The notes beneath the pieces are model-generated. The model saw nothing but the letters and a program-made list of their open reading frames with translations, did no database searches and had not been told where the DNA came from. Below, piece after piece: positions 60,155 through 64,000 of a DNA stretch of 64,000 bases; the stretch's first letter is position 1; every line of letters starts with the position of its first letter. The position numbers and the translations under genes were made by a program. The DNA comes from Synechococcus sp. (GTDB taxonomy: Bacteria; Cyanobacteriota; Cyanobacteriia; PCC-6307; Cyanobiaceae): positions 1,280,136 to 1,344,135 of the forward strand of contig JBJBDC010000001.1 in the NCBI GenBank assembly GCA_047285535.1, written 5' to 3'.

Positions 60155-60228
60155 CGCCCCCTGTTGGATTCGAACCAACGACCGGCTGCTTAGAAGGCAG
60201 CTGCTCTATCCAGCTGAGCTAAGGGAGC
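60155..60228 (-). tRNA. tRNA-Arg(TCT)
   Basis: GCTCCCTTAGCTCAGCTGGATAGAGCAGCTGCCTTCTAAGCAGCCGGTCGTTGGTTCGAATCCAACAGGGGGCG cloverleaf. Confidence 0.98.
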
Positions 60229-60290
60229 ATCTCTGCATTTTGTCAGTTCATGGACAGCACCCTCTTAAACTTGAAAACTGTGTGGTGATA

Positions 60291-61103
60291 ATGATGGCTC
60301 CCAGCCGGCTCAAAGACAGCCACAAACAGGAAATCTTGGTGCGGTACCGCGCTGGAGAAACCAGCGCCCTCATCGCTTCAGCATTCGGCTGCAGTGCCAA
60401 TACGGTGAGTCGCACCGTTCGGTCCTTGCTTAGTGCAGAGGAGTACGCCGAACTCAAAGTCCAGCGCGCCTCAAAGAACACTGTCCCAGAGATCGGTCTC
60501 ACCGTCATCAATAGCCATGAGGTGACTGCCTCCAAACCTTCAGACAGTAATGACCTCAATCAAATCCAGAAAGACTTGCCCTCTCAAACGGTGGAAGTCT
60601 CTTCAGGAGACTTCACTGACAGCGAGTCAATAGACAAAGGAGATGATGGCAAAACTCTCGCCCTGGATGATGCGGATGATTTTGGTGCCGAAGATCGCGA
60701 TGAAAGCGACGGATTTGACTTCGAAGAAGAGGAAGTTTTTCAAGAAATAGCGGTTCTCCCTGTAGACCTTCCTCAAGTCACCACTCAGGAGGTGCCTTGC
60801 AGGCAATTCGCATCTGAGCTCTTACCAGAAAGCGTCTACATGCTTGTAGATAAAACCGTTGAGCTCGAACCTCGACCTCTCAGTGACTTTCCTGAGTTAG
60901 GACTCCGTGATCCATCAGAACAGCAACGTCAGGCACTATGCCTCTATACAACTCCGCGTGCTGCAAAACGCCAATGTGGTCGTAGTCAGCGTGTGATCAA
61001 AGTTCCAGATACCCAGGTGTTTGAACAGACATCGTCCTATCTACTCGCCCGTGGCATCACGCACTTGGTTGTTGAGGGATCCCTTTTTGCACTGACCACC
61101 TAA
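60291..61103 (+). CDS. Conserved picocyanobacterial protein with N-terminal HTH
   Basis: N-terminal HTH, acidic linker, conserved-looking C-terminus. Confidence 0.75.
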   Translation: MMAPSRLKDSHKQEILVRYRAGETSALIASAFGCSANTVSRTVRSLLSAEEYAELKVQRASKNTVPEIGLTVINSHEVTASKPSDSNDLNQIQKDLPSQTVEVSSGDFTDSESIDKGDDGKTLALDDADDFGAEDRDESDGFDFEEEEVFQEIAVLPVDLPQVTTQEVPCRQFASELLPESVYMLVDKTVELEPRPLSDFPELGLRDPSEQQRQALCLYTTPRAAKRQCGRSQRVIKVPDTQVFEQTSSYLLARGITHLVVEGSLFALTT

Positions 61104-61104
61104 T

Positions 61105-61332
61105 TCAGCGATCTGGATCAGGAGCCAATAACGCTGCCAAACTGCCGCCGCTGACAATTCCCAAAGCCAAGCTCACGCCCACAATGAATCCAGATGGAAG
61201 GGGTGCCGACTGACCAATGCCAAGGTTGAGGCGATGGCGATCGTTCAGATTCTGAGCACCCAGGCAGAGAACCAGCAGCAGTGTCAAACCACTCCCAAGG
61301 CTTAAAAGAAGCAGTCTCAGACGGAGAAGCAT
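61105..61332 (-). CDS. Small LapA-like two-TM protein
   Basis: LGAQN...LP.GF..G..L..G pattern. Confidence 0.65.
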   Translation of the reverse strand: MLLRLRLLLLSLGSGLTLLLVLCLGAQNLNDRHRLNLGIGQSAPLPSGFIVGVSLALGIVSGGSLAALLAPDPDR

Positions 61333-61349
61333 CGCAATCTCTTTGGACC

Positions 61350-62231
61350 TCATTCAGTCTGCCTGCAGTCTGCTTGTTGGCTCGCCGCATGAAAAAGGGC
61401 ATACAACTCACGTTTTGAGCGCCCAAGACGTCTAGCCAACGTCTTGGCGGCATCGCTCGCACTCATACCCTCCATGGTGAGTTCCAGCATCTGATCGCAG
61501 CATTGGGTATCCGTCAGTGCTTCAAGCTTTAAGGGAGCAGCTCCCCCCAACACCAGCGTGCATTCCCCCTGAGGGCTGTGCTGTTGAAAAAAAATCCGAG
61601 CAGCGGCAACTGTTGGGCCCACCTGTTGCTCGTGCCGCTTGGTCAGTTCTCGAGCCACCTGCAACGGACGATCGTCACCACAAAGGTCCGTCAACTCTTC
61701 AAGGAGTTGACACAAACGGTGAGGGGCTTCGTAAATCACGCTTGTGCGCTGCTCACAAGCAATCAGGGCCAATCGATCCTGTCGTTGCCGGCCTTTTGCA
61801 GGAAGAAAACCCTCAAAACAAAAGCGATCTGTGGGAAGCCCGCTGCTGACCAGTGCAGTGGTCGCCGCGCAGGGGCCAGGGATGCAAACCACCTCAAAGC
61901 CCGAAGACCGCGCTGCAGCAACGAGCTCCTGGCCAGGATCACTGATCCCTGGCAACCCTGCATCACTGATAACCGCAACGCTACGACCATCCTCTAATGC
62001 CATTAGCAATTGTGGAATCCTGGTACGGGTGTTGTGCTGATGGAAAGAGCAGCGTCGAGCGGTCGAGCCCATTCGGCTGAGCAACTGACCGCTATGGCGT
62101 GTGTCTTCACAAGCAATCGTATCGACGTCGATCAGCAGAGCATGCGCTCTGGGAGAGAGGTCACCGAGATTGCCAATCGGTGTGCCAACGACGTAGAGGA
62201 CTCCTGCAGCAGGTTCAGCGCGTTGCTTCAA
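61350..62231 (-). CDS. rsmI: 16S rRNA (cytidine1402-2'-O)-methyltransferase
   Basis: LYVVGTPIGNLGD, ACEDTR, SDAGLPGISDPG, YEAPHR, ARELTK. Confidence 0.96.
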   Translation of the reverse strand: MKQRAEPAAGVLYVVGTPIGNLGDLSPRAHALLIDVDTIACEDTRHSGQLLSRMGSTARRCSFHQHNTRTRIPQLLMALEDGRSVAVISDAGLPGISDPGQELVAAARSSGFEVVCIPGPCAATTALVSSGLPTDRFCFEGFLPAKGRQRQDRLALIACEQRTSVIYEAPHRLCQLLEELTDLCGDDRPLQVARELTKRHEQQVGPTVAAARIFFQQHSPQGECTLVLGGAAPLKLEALTDTQCCDQMLELTMEGMSASDAAKTLARRLGRSKRELYALFHAASQQADCRQTE

Positions 62232-62254
62232 AATGGCTCCGCCCAGATCAAACC

Positions 62255-63172
62255 ATGATGCCGAGCTCGTCGCCCCTTCTTGCTGGTCTTGACCTGGAAG
62301 CCGTCTTAAAAGTCCTTCGCCCTCTCAGCTGGGGAGCTGCGGACATCCTGCGCGCCTATGCCCGTGGGCAACAACCCCCTCATGGGTTCCCTAGAGCCCT
62401 CAGCGTTGACCATGGGGGGGAAGGCCCGGTATCCGCAGCTGATCTCGCAGTGAATCAATGGCTCCTGGATGGATTAAGAGATTCATTCCCTCAGGCCAAT
62501 TGGACCCTTCTCAGTGAAGAAACTGCCAAAGAGCAACTGACTGATGGTCAACCCTTGGTTGCGGATTGGCTATGGATTTTGGATCCGCTCGATGGCACAA
62601 AAGATTTCCTGCAAGGCACGGGTGAATATGCCGTTCATCTGGCCTTAGTCCATCAGCAACGGCCCGTACTCGGGGTGGTACTGATCCCAGAAGCCGAAGA
62701 GCTTTGGATAGGTGCAATGGGTCATGGCACGTGGTGTGAGAACCGTTTGGGAGCGCGAAAACCAGTTCAGTTCAGTCAGCGAACAGTTAGCAATGACCTC
62801 ATTTTGGTTGCGAGCCGAAGTCACAGAGATCAAAGGCTTGAGCACCTGATTACAGCTCTGGATCTTGGTGATTCCCATGCCGTCGGGAGTGTCGGCTGCA
62901 AAGTGGCCACGATTCTTCGCGGCGAAACTGATCTCTACATTTCCTTGTCTGGGAAAAGTGCACCCAAAGACTGGGATATGGCCGCTCCAGAGGCAGTACT
63001 GCTTGCCGCAGGTGGCGCCTTCACCCATGCAGATGGAAGAGAACTTACTTACAACACTGGCGATGTAGGCCAGGCAGGTTGCTTAATCGCAAGCCATGGA
63101 AAAACCCATGCCGCCTTGTGTGAAAAGGCAACACGGGCAATGGAGACGATTGATCCCGGCTTTATGGTCTGA
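62255..63172 (+). CDS. cysQ: 3'(2'),5'-bisphosphate nucleotidase
   Basis: LSEE, WILDPLDGTKDF, SRSH, WDMAA. Confidence 0.9.
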   Translation: MMPSSSPLLAGLDLEAVLKVLRPLSWGAADILRAYARGQQPPHGFPRALSVDHGGEGPVSAADLAVNQWLLDGLRDSFPQANWTLLSEETAKEQLTDGQPLVADWLWILDPLDGTKDFLQGTGEYAVHLALVHQQRPVLGVVLIPEAEELWIGAMGHGTWCENRLGARKPVQFSQRTVSNDLILVASRSHRDQRLEHLITALDLGDSHAVGSVGCKVATILRGETDLYISLSGKSAPKDWDMAAPEAVLLAAGGAFTHADGRELTYNTGDVGQAGCLIASHGKTHAALCEKATRAMETIDPGFMV

Positions 63173-63189
63173 AGTTGGGCTCACGCCCC

Positions 63190-64000
63190 TCAGGAGAGGG
63201 GGGCCACTGGGGTTGGAGCAGGCTCTTGGTTAGGGGATTCGCCGCTCTGGGGGACACCTCGCAAGGTGAGATTAATTCGCCCTCGATTGTCGATTTCACG
63301 CACGCGCACCGTCACCTCATCACCGACCTTCACCACATCTTCAACCTTCTCGACCCGAGCCTCCGAAAGTTGTGAGATGTGAATCATCCCTTCCTTACCC
63401 GGAAGAATTTCAACAAAGGCTCCGATGGGAATGATGCGGGTGATGGAGCCCGTAAAGACTTCTCCCTCATGCACCTTTCGGGTGAGGCCTTCGATGATCT
63501 TCTGAGCTTCTTCTGCAGCGGCGCCATCATGAGAGGCAATGGTGACAATTCCACTGTCCTCAATATCGATCTTGGTATTCGTGCGCTCAGTGATGTTTTT
63601 GATGGTGCGACCTCCAGGTCCAATCACAGTGCCAATCAGCTCTGGGTCAATCCGGAAACTCAACAAGCGTGGCGCGTGAGGAGACAGCCCCTCCCGCGGC
63701 GTCTCGATCGCCTCCATCATCTTTTCAAGGATGTGCAACCGCGCGGGACGAGCTTGATTCACGGCCTCTGCGACGGTGCTGACTGAAAGACCAGTGATCT
63801 TCATGTCCATCTGCAAAGCGGTAATACCCTTATCCGTTCCAGCAACCTTGAAGTCCATATCGCCAAGGAAGTCCTCAATACCTTGTATGTCGGTGAGGAT
63901 TTTCACTTCATCTCCTTCCTTGATGAGGCCCATTGCAGCACCGCTTACAGGAGCCTTAAGGGGAACACCTGCATCCATCAAAGCCAAAGTGCTGCCACAA
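63190..64000 (-). CDS. pnp: Polyribonucleotide nucleotidyltransferase, C-terminal part
   Basis: [14 protein letters not shown] domain IGPGG, S1 domain. Confidence 0.98.
   Translation of the reverse strand, partial: CGSTLALMDAGVPLKAPVSGAAMGLIKEGDEVKILTDIQGIEDFLGDMDFKVAGTDKGITALQMDMKITGLSVSTVAEAVNQARPARLHILEKMMEAIETPREGLSPHAPRLLSFRIDPELIGTVIGPGGRTIKNITERTNTKIDIEDSGIVTIASHDGAAAEEAQKIIEGLTRKVHEGEVFTGSITRIIPIGAFVEILPGKEGMIHISQLSEARVEKVEDVVKVGDEVTVRVREIDNRGRINLTLRGVPQSGESPNQEPAPTPVAPLS

Larger units (their letters stand above)
48860..60199 (-). mobile_element. 11.3 kb tRNA-Arg integrative element (tycheposon/PICI-like) with cargo
   Basis: att duplication, integrase, xis-like gene, primase-helicase, terS-like gene, arm-type repeats. 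Confidence 0.92.
12200..60228. mobile_element. tRNA-Arg-anchored genomic island (left boundary approximate)
   Basis: Low coding density, visibly AT-rich tracts, pseudogenes, integrase and resolvase relics between yajQ and tRNA-Arg. Confidence 0.7.

Noticed and set aside
60141..60290. N-terminal extension of ORF 60141-61103
   Set aside because: Overlaps tRNA-Arg on the opposite strand; ATG 60291 is more plausible
62099..62254. N-terminal extension of cysQ
   Set aside because: Overlaps rsmI antisense; likely start is 62255
1..64000. CRISPR array or cas genes
   Set aside because: No regularly spaced repeat-spacer pattern or Cas motifs seen; the short repeat clusters fit arm sites and iterons

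Overview
This window looks like a marine Synechococcus chromosome segment; the assignment is inferred from gene content, a som porin, psbY and an nblA-like ORF. Core genes sit at both ends: larC-like, an HExxH protein, xth, glcD, hemL and yajQ on the left; tRNA-Arg(TCT), rsmI, cysQ and pnp on the right. Between yajQ and tRNA-Arg lies a ~48 kb accessory island. Its right part is a stack of integrative elements. The clearest is an 11.3 kb tycheposon/PICI-like element bounded by a 46-bp duplication of the tRNA-Arg 3' end. It carries an integrase, an xis-like gene, a primase-helicase, iterons, a frameshifted terS and an S8 autotransporter cargo. Next to it are an older integrase relic and a resolvase relic cut by a tRNA-fMet fragment. 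The most striking observations are four. (1) A 1727-aa autotransporter has a passenger with GH64 beta-1,3-glucanase motifs and shares its C-terminal chassis with the S8 protease autotransporter. (2) A separate ~2.75 kb integrase element appears to have inserted into the first codons of xth and rebuilt its start. (3) That element carries a Yfr1-like sRNA whose unpaired seed is complementary to the ribosome-binding region of the som porin 31 kb away. (4) Small genes are hidden in the island: psbY and a 30-aa membrane peptide are absent from the ORF track, and an nblA-like gene is given there with an over-extended start. All family assignments come from motif recognition by eye; no searches were run.
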